From: a virus
IMG/VR virus record: IMGVR_UViG_3300024259_000012
Direction: 5' to 3' (one strand)
DNA: 64,000 bases
A model generated the notes under the pieces. That model was not told the DNA's origin and made no database searches. It was given only the letters and a program-made list of their open reading frames with translations. A program made the translations under genes and the position numbers. This document shows positions 8,874 to 19,110 of the stretch, in pieces. Numbering within the stretch: the stretch's first letter is position 1; every line of letters begins with the position of its first letter.

Positions 8874-9802
8874 TTAATTTTCGTCTTGAGTTATTACACG
8901 ACCTTTTAGTTGTTCCCAGTCTTTTTCGGGCCTAACTTCAAGATTCTTTTCCCATGTAGCGTCAAGCATTGTGGTGGTCACTCCAAGCTCCTTTGCTAAG
9001 AATTTTATTGAGTTCAAATCTTTTGGCAGGCATGAAAGCCCGAAACCCAATTTACCATCAGGCCCAGGGACAGAATAGTGTGACTGCCCAATTCGTTTAT
9101 CATACATAACATACGAAACCATTTCATCATAATCAACCCCTAATTTATCACAAATCTGTTTCATTTCATTAAAAAATGATACCTTCGTAGCAAGAAATGT
9201 ATTGGCTACATATTTGACCATTTCTGCAGTGGTTGAATCGGTTAGTAAATACTGAGTCAACTTACTTTCATCTATATTATGATAACCCGTTAAATTCTCA
9301 GCATCAGTAAATATTTTACTATACATATCCTTGACCATTCTACATGCATCAGCATCTCCACCCAAGACAATTCTATCCTGATTCTTAAATTCCTCAATGA
9401 AATTTGCCTCTGTCAAAAATTCAGGGTTGAACACTACCGATAAATTCGGGCTTGTGATTTTATTGTTAATCCACTCCGTAAAGCCAGGAGTGATGGTGCT
9501 TTTGATGACAATCACCTTTCTGCTTTCCAAGTTTAGCATATCCAAAGCGATGATAACGGATTCAACGATTGATGTATTACAGCTACCGTCCTTATTCATT
9601 GGTGTATTCACCGCTATGAAAATAATGTCCGACTTTTCATACACCGTTTGATTGCTACCACATGAAAAATGCTTACTATCGCCGCTCCACGCATTGGCAA
9701 CGTGATTTAAGTCCGACGTATAAATTTCGTACTGCCCATTAAGCCCTCTCGGAGTGCGGTTCCTACGAACCCCATACCTATAACTCCAATTCTATATGTC
9801 AT
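8874..9802 (-). CDS. ugd: UDP-glucose/GDP-mannose 6-dehydrogenase family, with a 1-nt frameshift near 9740
   Basis: IGVIGMGFVG (ATG 9802) is one base out of frame with IKSTI, NPEFL, AEMVKY and GFGLSCLPKD. Confidence 0.8.
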
Positions 9803-10346
9803 TTTGCTCTTCAAAAGTTTGTGCGTACACATTTTTAATTGCATCTATGCCTCGCATTGTAATTGCACGGGTTCCCACGCCTGCGAAGTCGGTGGTCAGT
9901 TTTGGTGCGACCCAATGCATCATAAATTTATCATGACTCCACATATACCATAGGCAATGCTCCTGTTCAAATAAAAATACCGGCTTCAACTCATCAATTG
10001 CCATTTGAACTGTCCATCCGGTGCCACCGTCTACCATTGACTCGTTTACTAATTTTCCAACTGCATATACTGCGGTGGCGTTTTTGACTTGAAACCAATT
10101 CCGACTCAGTAGATTTTTCTCGTATGGCATCACAAGACTATCCACCCCACGCTTCAGCGTTTCGTCTGCCTTTTTAACGTGTTCCCACCCTTCAGTCAGT
10201 TCCGACATGGTAAGTAATTTTTGATTTTCTCCCTCTTGAACATGATTGTAAAACGAGTATGAAATTGATTCAACTCCGTGCTTATTTCCTTCGGTTTCCC
10301 AAGTCATATCTGCTCCTGGGCAACCACCTGAGTGATTTGTATACAT
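9792..10346 (-). CDS. SLOG-superfamily nucleotide-binding protein
   Basis: HSGGCPGAD, RNWFQV, GGTGWTV. Confidence 0.7.
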   Translation of the reverse strand: MYTNHSGGCPGADMTWETEGNKHGVESISYSFYNHVQEGENQKLLTMSELTEGWEHVKKADETLKRGVDSLVMPYEKNLLSRNWFQVKNATAVYAVGKLVNESMVDGGTGWTVQMAIDELKPVFLFEQEHCLWYMWSHDKFMMHWVAPKLTTDFAGVGTRAITMRGIDAIKNVYAQTFEEQNDI

Positions 10347-10828
10347 TAGAATTCTAACCTAAACATGATATCAACAATCAAACGGGGTAAAGATGGTAAA
10401 GGCCAAATGTTTTGCTGAAGACATTTGAACTCAATATATTTCATATTGGGCGCATCCTTTGGATATCCAAGCATAATTTTACTTGGGTCTTTTGCTAACC
10501 AATATCCGAACTCAATATTGGTAGTGAATGCGGGCATCTTCTCCAACTCTCGTGGAACCCAAAACATGACAACATCAGCCTTCTCCATGGCGTCCCGCTC
10601 CCAATCAATTTGGTCTGAATAATCAACCCCAGCTTTCCATCCTGTGCGTGGCTCTGGAATGAACAAGTCACCTTCAAATTCCATAGTTTCAAACAACTCT
10701 ATTGCTTTAGGTCTCCAACCCTCTGAATTATCTCGGGGTGTTGGACCTGCTAAAAATACGGATGGTCCATGGACATCTTCTATGATTTCCCCTGCATATA
10801 TTACTTCTAAATTACGTGTTACATTCAT
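10346..10828 (-). CDS. nucleoside 2-deoxyribosyltransferase-like protein
   Basis: SVFLAGPTPR, QIDWE, ADVVMFW, TTNIEFG; GGAGG SD before ATG 10828. Confidence 0.8.
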   Translation of the reverse strand: MNVTRNLEVIYAGEIIEDVHGPSVFLAGPTPRDNSEGWRPKAIELFETMEFEGDLFIPEPRTGWKAGVDYSDQIDWERDAMEKADVVMFWVPRELEKMPAFTTNIEFGYWLAKDPSKIMLGYPKDAPNMKYIEFKCLQQNIWPLPSLPRLIVDIMFRLEF

Positions 10829-10829
10829 T

Positions 10830-11087
10830 TTATTGTTCCTCCAAAACATGGTATATAAACAGCGGCGTGTGTTCACCAACATACGCCCCAGATACATTGA
10901 ACTCAAAGTATTCAATGGCTTCGTCGTAGCTCATTTTATCTCTCTCCATTAAAACCCCAACACACCATCCTGCGTCGTAAACTACTCGCTCGCTTTGAGG
11001 GTCATACCCAAGTATGGCGTCGTCAAATCCATCGGCTTGTAAAACTGTACAGTCTGGGAATCTCTCGGTGATATTATCTACTTTCAT
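10830..11087 (-). CDS. conserved phage hypothetical protein
   Basis: ADGFDDAILG...VVYD...EAIEYFEFNVSGAYVGEHTP, a pattern recalled from many phages. Confidence 0.75.
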   Translation of the reverse strand: MKVDNITERFPDCTVLQADGFDDAILGYDPQSERVVYDAGWCVGVLMERDKMSYDEAIEYFEFNVSGAYVGEHTPLFIYHVLEEQ

Positions 11088-11551
11088 TATGACACCGACG
11101 CATATCGTAATATTATTGCACGCCGTGGCTCAAATGTCGTTGGGTTGTATACAAGCGGTGAGCCGTGCGCTTCTAAAAAGAATAGAAATTTGACGTTGTG
11201 CTTTTTCATATGTTGTTTGACCTCGTTTACCAAATCATCTCCATTAAACGAGGGTGTCCAACTCGGACGCACAAGTGTTTTCATTTTCTTGGTTGCTATG
11301 GCGTAGCTCTTCCCACCCAATTTGGGCGTTGTCGTATGTACCCGTTTGTATGCTATCCCATGCTTATCAAATAAAGAAAGTACATTCTCTGTCATGTCAT
11401 ACTCAAGACCAAAATTATATTCCATGGCATCTTCAAGCTTGTTGTCGTCCACGGCTCTCATAATTTGATGGTCAATCATACCTTTTGAAATCAATCCGAC
11501 TGGTGCCAAAGCCACGCCGCCAAATATTTTTAATAAGTCTCTACGTTTCAC
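11087..11551 (-). CDS. hypothetical protein with a twin-arginine-like N-terminus
   Basis: GTG start 2 nt after the upstream TAA; KRRDLLKIFGGVALAP. Confidence 0.6.
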   Translation of the reverse strand: MKRRDLLKIFGGVALAPVGLISKGMIDHQIMRAVDDNKLEDAMEYNFGLEYDMTENVLSLFDKHGIAYKRVHTTTPKLGGKSYAIATKKMKTLVRPSWTPSFNGDDLVNEVKQHMKKHNVKFLFFLEAHGSPLVYNPTTFEPRRAIILRYASVS

Positions 11552-11553
11552 AA

Positions 11554-12120
11554 TTATACCTTCTTTAAATCCCAAATTTTGTTGAGAATATTATAGATTA
11601 GTTCCACCTGTTCATCTGTAAATTGCCACCTAACATTGACATTCATATCAGCCCAATCCTGTGGGCGTGAACTCAATTCCTCTGACATTGCCATCCAATC
11701 AGCACACATTTCTGCAATGTATACATCAGGCATAGCTGTTGCGTTTACCATTGTGTCGGGGATAGCATCTCGGTTATCTCGGTTGAACATGGACGGGTTG
11801 TAATCGGGGTCTCACTTCTCGGGGTGGTGACCGTTGTGTAAAATGTGATGCTCTGTAGCACCATTCATTTTGTCCTTCATAATCTGTGGCATATCAAATG
11901 GAACACCGTCTCGCTTACACTTATAGTCTCAGGTTATGAAAATATATGGAATGCGCTCGGGGTCTTCAAATTTAGATTGGTCATGCTTCTTAACAATTTT
12001 CCGTAGCTCTTGGAACTCGGGAAAGAAATCAGTTATTAAATATGCATACTTCTGCACCCGTTTGATGTGTGTATTTGTGCGCTCTTTGTACCACGCATTC
12101 ATGTCATTTGCTAATGTCAT
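11554..12120 (-). CDS. DUF5662-like HD-related protein, 2 TGA=Trp
   Basis: H...HDQSK...HH..N.HHPE(K)W...EMCADW is reconstituted only via TGA 11929 and 11812. Confidence 0.8.
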
Positions 12121-12468
12121 TTATTTCTCCTTATAAAAATTTCCGATGAATGAAACCTTATCATGGTCGGTGTTCATACCATAAATCATAACCACAACAT
12201 CCGTTAAATCGTTAACGTCGTACAACCTATCAACCTCTGATAATATATCAAGAGCAACAGATTTATATAGTTTTTTAGGGTCTACGTTTTCAACTTCCCA
12301 CGCAAAATTTAGATGCGCTCGGCCTCTATATATCTCACCGTGCGCCACCTGTTTGCAATAATTAAAACCATAGTCATTCCAACCCAAATGATATAGTAGC
12401 TCACGAGTGTGATATTCATCGGGTGCGTTTGAATAGCCGTCAGCTTGTCCTTGTGGGTATCGCTTCAT
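12121..12468 (-). CDS. hypothetical protein
   Basis: ORF with its own promoter. Confidence 0.65.
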   Translation of the reverse strand: MKRYPQGQADGYSNAPDEYHTRELLYHLGWNDYGFNYCKQVAHGEIYRGRAHLNFAWEVENVDPKKLYKSVALDILSEVDRLYDVNDLTDVVVMIYGMNTDHDKVSFIGNFYKEK

Positions 12469-12489
12469 ATTATAACCTTTTCTTTTATA

Positions 12490-12518
12490 TAAATAGCAGG
12501 CAGAAAGCCCAAATGCAA
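12490..12518 (-). promoter_or_regulatory. promoter TTGCAT-N17-TATTTA with TG extension
   Basis: Exact 17-nt spacer; combines both promoter motif classes. Confidence 0.6.
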
Positions 12519-12525
12519 TTTTATT

Positions 12526-13773
12526 TTATCGCAGTTCCCCACTCTTATCAACTTCAATCAACCAATCTTCATAGTGACCCATACCTCGTATATCAATGTT
12601 GAATATGTCCAAATCAAATTCACCTACATCGCCGCTGTCCTGTATGATTTCGGCTAACTTGGATATATAATTGATGTTGGATTGAGTGAGCTTGGTTGCA
12701 TCAAATGTAACCACTATTTCATTTGGAACATATTCTGGCAGTGCGCCGGTATGTATCCGCTTGCTCAAATCATACAGCGTATTTGGCTGTTCAATCTTAA
12801 GGTATTCATCAACTATACTTGGGTCAATGTCTGGTAAATATAAGCTCTCACACCATGGCTCAAGTGATACCATAATTTCCTTACTACAATTATTGATGAC
12901 AAATGCAATATCATATTTTGGAGTGATTATTGGGTGACCATATTCATTTTGGTTGACCATAACTCCATATTTTCTGATAAAATTGCGGGTGCTTCGTAGG
13001 TTCTGAGTCAACCATTCGTCAGTTTCACGACCCGCCATAAACACATCGCCATTTGGATTTCGTTTAGCACCGTCCGCCATTCTGCTTCCACGACATGTGA
13101 GGTGGTACACGTACCCCTCCCATGTTTGAATGAAGTTACCACCATTGAGCATAAATCTATTCCAGCAATCATCGTCCTCTTTGCTTTGGGGTGCGAAAAG
13201 TGGGTCATGTCCGCCAATATCTCTAAAATCTGATATATAACATATCCACGGGGCAAACACACTTTCAGTCGTTTTGCCTTTATGTTCTACTTTCAATTGC
13301 TCAACGTATTTATCAAAATCGGATGCCACGAACTCATTCGGCTCAATTCCGTAATCTTTAATGATTTTTTTGAGGGGTTCTTCAAAATGTAGAGGTGGTT
13401 CTATACGTGTAGCGGACACCATAACCTTTGGTGCCAAATGTTTTAGCATTGCAACATCCATACCTTTTGCCGCCCACATATCAGCGTGGAATATACACAT
13501 TATATCATTGGTCGCATATTCAAGTGCAAGGACATCATATAAAATGGTGTGGCCCTGGCGTTCTGGTCCTTCATTTCTATGTAGTTTGACACGGGCATCA
13601 TTTTTCTGGATGTCAAGCATCCATTCCCACGTTCCATCGGTAGATGCGTCGTCCGCCATGCAAATTTCATGGATGGGGTCTAAGTTTTCTCTAATAGATT
13701 TATATGCATTTTTTAAATATTTCAAATTTGTCCTGCTGGGTATGATAAATGATATTGGTTGTATTTTATCCAT
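12526..13773 (-). CDS. GT2-family glycosyltransferase
   Basis: ISFIIPS, ADDASTDGT, FHADM, IGGHD, KEDDD. Confidence 0.85.
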   Translation of the reverse strand: MDKIQPISFIIPSRTNLKYLKNAYKSIRENLDPIHEICMADDASTDGTWEWMLDIQKNDARVKLHRNEGPERQGHTILYDVLALEYATNDIMCIFHADMWAAKGMDVAMLKHLAPKVMVSATRIEPPLHFEEPLKKIIKDYGIEPNEFVASDFDKYVEQLKVEHKGKTTESVFAPWICYISDFRDIGGHDPLFAPQSKEDDDCWNRFMLNGGNFIQTWEGYVYHLTCRGSRMADGAKRNPNGDVFMAGRETDEWLTQNLRSTRNFIRKYGVMVNQNEYGHPIITPKYDIAFVINNCSKEIMVSLEPWCESLYLPDIDPSIVDEYLKIEQPNTLYDLSKRIHTGALPEYVPNEIVVTFDATKLTQSNINYISKLAEIIQDSGDVGEFDLDIFNIDIRGMGHYEDWLIEVDKSGELR

Positions 13774-13861
13774 TACGTTTTCCTTTTTTAATATTTTCAA
13801 TTGCTGGGATAAATTTACAGCGTGGATTATCCGTCGGGTTCGGGCATTCTCTACTCCACAT
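13766..13861 (-). pseudogene. internally deleted homing-endonuclease remnant (31 aa)
   Basis: MWSRECPNPTDNPRC joined to FIPAIENIKKG; N-terminus resembles KWERVCPNC of the HEG at 38949-39620, C-terminus resembles an HNH ending. Confidence 0.55.
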
Positions 13862-13991
13862 TTTTCTTATCCTTGTAATACCGTTCCATGCGTTTGCGAT
13901 TTAACTCATCCTTATTCTTGTCATAAAATCGCTTCTGTCGCTTGCGATTGGTCTCCCGCTTTTCTTCATCTGTTTTCTTTTTTCTACCCAT
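13851..13991 (-). CDS. 46-aa basic MGRKK-family protein
   Basis: MGRKKKTDEEKRETNRKRQKRFYDKNKDELNRKRMERYYKDKKNVE; paralogues at 39577 and 50357; AAGGGAG SD. Confidence 0.75.
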   Translation of the reverse strand: MGRKKKTDEEKRETNRKRQKRFYDKNKDELNRKRMERYYKDKKNVE

Positions 13992-14007
13992 TTGTCTCTC
14001 CCTTTAC

Positions 14008-14019
14008 TATAAATAGCAC
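14008..14019 (-). promoter_or_regulatory. GTGCTATTTATA promoter motif
   Basis: Identical 12-mer at 8857 and 32602. Confidence 0.6.
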
Positions 14020-14041
14020 GTTAGGGAAAAGGCGTTAGGGA

Positions 14042-14497
14042 TTATAAAAAATCATCACATATTTCAGCAAAATCTTCAGAAATATCATCAAAATTGTGTG
14101 TTTTAAAAAACATATATTCGGTCATCCAATCTTCGTCTGAATCTTTTAGTTTCCATTTATTTTTCTTTAATCTCACCAAGGCAACATCATTAACTACCGC
14201 CATACCTGTACCATATGGGGTCACACCAAATCCCTTATAGACCAAGCGTATCATATCGTTAATTCTGGCTGACTGAGCGGCATACGCATCGTATACGCCC
14301 CAATCCGAGTCAGGCCGTGGGTCAATAACTGGATTTAATCGCTCTTGTTTTTTAATATCATCCAATTCTGCATATAATATAGATACGTTTTTACGAGTAA
14401 TTATTAACTTTGATGACTCTACCGGTTCCTCCGAAAGACCATTTGCAATCATGTCAACCTTCAAGGCACGTTTCACCATATCATACAAATTATCCAT
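14042..14497 (-). CDS. hypothetical protein
   Basis: ORF with AGGAG SD. Confidence 0.7.
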   Translation of the reverse strand: MDNLYDMVKRALKVDMIANGLSEEPVESSKLIITRKNVSILYAELDDIKKQERLNPVIDPRPDSDWGVYDAYAAQSARINDMIRLVYKGFGVTPYGTGMAVVNDVALVRLKKNKWKLKDSDEDWMTEYMFFKTHNFDDISEDFAEICDDFL

Positions 14498-14543
14498 TGT
14501 TGTATTCTCCTATTAATTGCTGTACCATTGGATTTGAACTCCT

Positions 14544-15008
14544 TTATATAATATATTCCCATACCATATCAACCGATTCCTCAATTGTATGTTTTCCTGT
14601 ATCTATGTCCAAAAATTCTTCTGTTGGTGGCTCGTATCCATCCACAAAATAATGCTCACGACCTCTAATTTCATCAGTGTGTACATAAATTTCATAAAAG
14701 TCATCAGCCGATTTCTTTATAATCTCTCGGACTTCCTTGTACGGTGCCACAATAGACACCACAGGAACAAATCCCTTGAACTCTAAAAATCTACACAAGT
14801 TGATTGCACCTTCCATATTATTCTTGCGACCTTCCTTTGAATAATCTTTGTTGTTGAATAGCTCCCTCAATTCGTCTCCGTCCACATGAACAAATTTTCC
14901 AAGCTCGATTGTTAATTTTGTCAATTTCAATGACCGGCGACCGTTAACCAATTCTTTTGCTAATGTCGTCTTGCCCGATGCGGGCTGTCCTGTAAACCAT
15001 ACTATCAT
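14544..15008 (-). CDS. cysC: adenylylsulfate (APS) kinase-like P-loop kinase
   Basis: WFTGQPASGKTTLA, VDGDELR, YSKEGRKNN, SIVAPY, YEPP; lid region shortened. Confidence 0.8.
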   Translation of the reverse strand: MIVWFTGQPASGKTTLAKELVNGRRSLKLTKLTIELGKFVHVDGDELRELFNNKDYSKEGRKNNMEGAINLCRFLEFKGFVPVVSIVAPYKEVREIIKKSADDFYEIYVHTDEIRGREHYFVDGYEPPTEEFLDIDTGKHTIEESVDMVWEYII

Positions 15009-15322
15009 TATGCTTCCTCCAACATTGGAAATTGTTCAATCGTATCAAGCACTTCAATCTGCCCCTTAGCACGTTCCACTATATCATCCAAAACGCCAAT
15101 ACTATATGAAGTTGCAACACCATATCCAAGCTTGTGACATTGATAACAACTGCCACTGAATCCATTGAAATAATAGTACTCTTCATCTTGGGTGACGCTC
15201 TGTATTCCCGAGTTTAGTTTCCATCTGTCACCATCTAAATAACCACCCGCCCACGAACCGAAGACCTTATACTGATTATCTGGCAATTTAAGTAATACCC
15301 ACCTATCTGGAAATTCATTCAT
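15008..15322 (-). CDS. conserved T4-like phage hypothetical protein
   Basis: PDRWVLLK...YKVFGSWAGGYLDGDRWKLNSGI. Confidence 0.7.
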   Translation of the reverse strand: MNEFPDRWVLLKLPDNQYKVFGSWAGGYLDGDRWKLNSGIQSVTQDEEYYYFNGFSGSCYQCHKLGYGVATSYSIGVLDDIVERAKGQIEVLDTIEQFPMLEEA

Positions 15323-15324
15323 AT

Positions 15325-16254
15325 TTATAACCCTTCTATTGATTTGTCCCACTGCTTCAGAAATGCTTCCTCTGAATAGTGTAGTTCATACAAGTTGCGT
15401 GCCATCTTTGAGCAATCATTGTAGAAATGCTCATCGGTTTTCAATCTACGTGCTATTTCTTTGGCTTTGGCGATATCACCCACCTTAACACTTGTATATG
15501 GGTGCAGTCGCTGTGTATTCACATTGTCGTACCCAATGCATGGAATTCCCTGATACGCACAATTCAAGTTGAAGGTGCCTGCCGATGGCGTTCCCATTTG
15601 AATGCCATACTTGAACCCACCCAACAATTCTATCCATTCCGACCACCGCATCCATGGATGGTGCGTAATGTCCAACATGTCTTCCTCCGGCTTCATCCTG
15701 CCAGTTGTCAAAGCGTGCACCTCTGTGTCCAATTCTAAGGCCACCTGATATGAATCAAACCCACCATAAGCCTGTACCATGTTGCCGCCCATCATGACCC
15801 CTTTACGGACGCCTACGTGCGGTTTTACATAGTCTGTAATCATTAATGAGTGTAGCAGTTCAGTGCGTACACCGGTCAATCCTTCATAGTAAAGTCTATC
15901 AGAATCGTTGTGGGCGAATAAAACGTCCATCTCGGTCAATAGGTTGAAATACCAAATTTGTTCTGCTATCTCATTGTCTTGCCAATATGTACAGGTTCCC
16001 TCTTGCATGGCTCCAACCTTCTTACAAGCTCGCTTCATGTGTTCAAGGATTGGCCATTCCAAAAGGTAATCCTTTTGCTTTGGAATGATTATAATTCCGA
16101 TATCAAACGAATCGTCCGGAATCCCATCTATCACATTGAGTGGAATGTGGACAGCTTTAAGACTTGCAATTCATGCCAATTCCGTTCGCATGTTAACTTG
16201 TTCTCGTGGAATCATCCCCGTGTAACCAGCTTCTGAAAAGAATGCTATTTTCAT
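15325..16254 (-). CDS. GT-B fold glycosyltransferase-like protein, TGA=Trp at codon 28
   Basis: TAATG-coupled MKIAFFSE...MRTELA(TGA 16171)IASL; C-terminal GTFNLNCAYQGIPCIG. Confidence 0.75.
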
Positions 16255-16880
16255 TATAAATATGCTCCTAATATTCTGAAGGATTCTATTGCGGTCAACC
16301 CTCGTTTTTGACATTGATAATCTATGTGAAATGCCATCAAGCTCATCTCATCAAAATAAAAATTTGGTATTTGAGATTTGAATAATTGTAGCAATTCAAA
16401 TTTGCGTGGCAAGTGTACAGCAACATCAACATACACGTTTGGCGTCCAAGTGCTCAATGTGCTTGGTGTCTTATATTCAATCACTGCTATTTTGGATTTA
16501 CGGGCGAGTGCCACCCCGACATTATAAATTTTCCGGTGTTCAACGTGTGAATCCAAATTTGGTGTAATCATGACACAATCGTATTCAATATCCTTTTTCT
16601 CAATTATGTTGATTAGCTCAGATTCCTTCCGGTGTTCAACCGTACTGTGATATGTGGTCAGCACATTGTGATACCTTGTATTTTTAACACGTACCAATAT
16701 ATCGGACAACTCATTTAATCTGTTGCCACCGCTGGTAGAATCAAAATCTCCGCCTGGACTCATACATATCATGTGGAACATGGTATCGCTGTGCTTGAGT
16801 ATTGTTCCAAGCATTCCATATTCTGCATCATCGGGATGTGCGCTCAGGCACAGTACATTATCGTATCCTAAAAATTTCAT
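16254..16880 (-). CDS. PIG-L/LmbE-family N-acetyl-sugar deacetylase
   Basis: AHPDDAE, DSHVEH. Confidence 0.85.
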   Translation of the reverse strand: MKFLGYDNVLCLSAHPDDAEYGMLGTILKHSDTMFHMICMSPGGDFDSTSGGNRLNELSDILVRVKNTRYHNVLTTYHSTVEHRKESELINIIEKKDIEYDCVMITPNLDSHVEHRKIYNVGVALARKSKIAVIEYKTPSTLSTWTPNVYVDVAVHLPRKFELLQLFKSQIPNFYFDEMSLMAFHIDYQCQKRGLTAIESFRILGAYL

Positions 16881-16937
16881 TATTTCAAGTCTCCATCTGA
16901 CATTCCAACAATATTCCAAGATATCCCATCCTTGACA

Positions 16938-17834
16938 TTACATACTCCTAAATGGTTTGTCGGTATAAATCTTTATACCTCTTCTTCTTAAATAGTCTCG
17001 GAAATCCTCAGAAACGTCATTACTTTCACCCGTCATCGTTTTGTTATAAACATTGTACAATGTGGTCAATCCACCATACATCAATTCAACGTTCTCGGAC
17101 GCAATAACTCTAAACTGTCCACCGGTGATTCCCTTGTGCTTTGCAAGCCGAACCCAATCAACTATGATAGTTCTCAACATTGCTTCAGTCTCACCCTCTG
17201 TGACCTGAACTGGATACGCATTTTCCTTGATGACTTTGCAAGGTGACCCTGCGGCAAATGCTCCGCTTGGTATGTTACGATTGATTGTTGAATTAATTCC
17301 AATGACCGTATCATGTCCAATCGTGACATTCGGCAATACAATACATCTTGCGGGCAACCACACATTGTCTTCAATGGTAACGGGTCCGAAGTCTGAAGGA
17401 AATCCTTTGGTGATATCAAGCCATGCTCCATGTGTCCAAATCATAACCTCTGCGCCGATACCAACATTGTCTCCAATTGTTATTGAATCGGATGGATTGA
17501 GAATCGTACCTTCAAATATACCAACGTGCTTTCCAATGTTCACCTTTGAATTTGGTCCGTTGCATCCACCTCTACCAACCTCAACCCTTGAAGTCATGTA
17601 TAACCACTCATCTGCAATGAACTCGGTGCATGTGATTGTCACGTTGTCTCCAATATATGACAAGGCTCCAAGTTCAAAGGTGACATCTACATCAATAGTA
17701 ACATTGTCACCTATAACACAATCCTTACCAATGATTACTTGACCCGCATTGATGGTGGAGTTTTTACCCATTTTCAATGTTGGGTGAATACTCCGTGTGC
17801 CCAACTCATCTGTTTTAATATTACGATAACTCAT
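16938..17834 (-). CDS. hexapeptide-repeat (left-handed beta-helix) sugar acyltransferase
   Basis: Repeated IG.. hexapeptides, WTHG, PVTIEDNVW, AGSPCKVIK. Confidence 0.85.
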   Translation of the reverse strand: MSYRNIKTDELGTRSIHPTLKMGKNSTINAGQVIIGKDCVIGDNVTIDVDVTFELGALSYIGDNVTITCTEFIADEWLYMTSRVEVGRGGCNGPNSKVNIGKHVGIFEGTILNPSDSITIGDNVGIGAEVMIWTHGAWLDITKGFPSDFGPVTIEDNVWLPARCIVLPNVTIGHDTVIGINSTINRNIPSGAFAAGSPCKVIKENAYPVQVTEGETEAMLRTIIVDWVRLAKHKGITGGQFRVIASENVELMYGGLTTLYNVYNKTMTGESNDVSEDFRDYLRRRGIKIYTDKPFRSM

Positions 17835-19110
17835 TGTAAAACCTTTCTATCCAATAATTAGCATCCCGCTTTAAATTTCCATCCTCAATCGCATTGAAGT
17901 GTACAATGTAGCACGCCTTCCGCAGATTGTCCAATGAGTCCGGCCACCACTGCCTGTCATCCGTTTTCAATAGTGTCTTTCTGCAAGGGTCTTGAAGGTT
18001 GAACGCTTCAGGCAATAATTTCACAGGCACTCCATGTTGCTTCAATAAAAAATTGATGGGTGTTTGGTCTGTACTCGCTCGCACCAATTCATTCTGTGCT
18101 TTCAGTAGCATCTCTTGATTGTCCCAATAGAACTTCACCACCGATTCAAAAAATGTCCTGTGATACTTGTGTACTATTTGAAATCCACCGTTGATATATT
18201 CCCATGGATGAACCGTGATATCTGGCCAAAATAATTTGCGGTAACCCTCAATGCTCCGGCTTAACCATTCATAGCATCCGTTCGCTTGAACCCCTACATA
18301 TTTACCTTCAGTCATTTCAAAGAAATTTGGGGTGTGTGGTTGAATCACCATGTCAGCATCTGCCATTAATACTCTGTTGAATCCAACTCCGCTGTTTTCC
18401 AACATTTCAAACAGCATGTAGCGTTGCCATGTAATCTTCATGTCTTCTATTGGATGCACCAAGTCTTCCATTACAAGCACGTCCGCATTATTTGCATCAG
18501 CCCATTGTTTCCAACTATTGATTGCCAACTCGTATGACCCTGACCTACCATTATCAAGCTTGATATTTGGTATGAAAATGATGTCCTTTGGTGGTGGACC
18601 CATTCGCTCAATGAGGTGTTCCATTAAAATTAGCGGCTTCAGTTTGGCGTTGTGGCTCGGCATCTCACCCAACTTCTCAAGTGGATAAATGCTCTCCAAA
18701 TCAATCAAGCTCAGTTCACCACCAATCTTAATGATGTTGGGTGGTACAAAATCATAAAAAACCAAGCCGGTTCGTAGCATCGCCTTTTCTACAATGCGCC
18801 AAAATGAAGTTGGAACCAACTGTTGGTCGTATTCATTGTCGGACAACACCTCACCAATCGGCAATTTGTATCCAACCACCTCACCATCTTCATAAATATA
18901 TTCAATGTCTGGGTGAACCAACCCATCAAAAAAGTTAGCGGCGAGTGCTTGGCGAAAATAGGGTAGCCTTACATACTCAGGGTGGAATACTTTGTAATAG
19001 TGTGTAGCATCCTTGTAGATGGCACGCCCGTGATTTACAAATTTAACATAGTGGTTGTATTTGTCACGAACCACTTCCAATTTACTTAGGTCTAAATCTT
19101 TACGTTGCAT
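17821..19110 (-). CDS. fusion of a kinase-like domain and a GT-A glycosyltransferase
   Basis: YYKVF, YDFVPPNII, LIDLE (kinase fold); MADAD, YINGG, TDQTPIN (GT8/GT34-like). Confidence 0.7.
   Translation of the reverse strand: MQRKDLDLSKLEVVRDKYNHYVKFVNHGRAIYKDATHYYKVFHPEYVRLPYFRQALAANFFDGLVHPDIEYIYEDGEVVGYKLPIGEVLSDNEYDQQLVPTSFWRIVEKAMLRTGLVFYDFVPPNIIKIGGELSLIDLESIYPLEKLGEMPSHNAKLKPLILMEHLIERMGPPPKDIIFIPNIKLDNGRSGSYELAINSWKQWADANNADVLVMEDLVHPIEDMKITWQRYMLFEMLENSGVGFNRVLMADADMVIQPHTPNFFEMTEGKYVGVQANGCYEWLSRSIEGYRKLFWPDITVHPWEYINGGFQIVHKYHRTFFESVVKFYWDNQEMLLKAQNELVRASTDQTPINFLLKQHGVPVKLLPEAFNLQDPCRKTLLKTDDRQWWPDSLDNLRKACYIVHFNAIEDGNLKRDANYWIERFYNELS

Noticed and set aside
16881-16937. 57-nt gap that could encode a short peptide or a leftover gene end
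   Set aside because: Too short, and no frame is convincingly supported.
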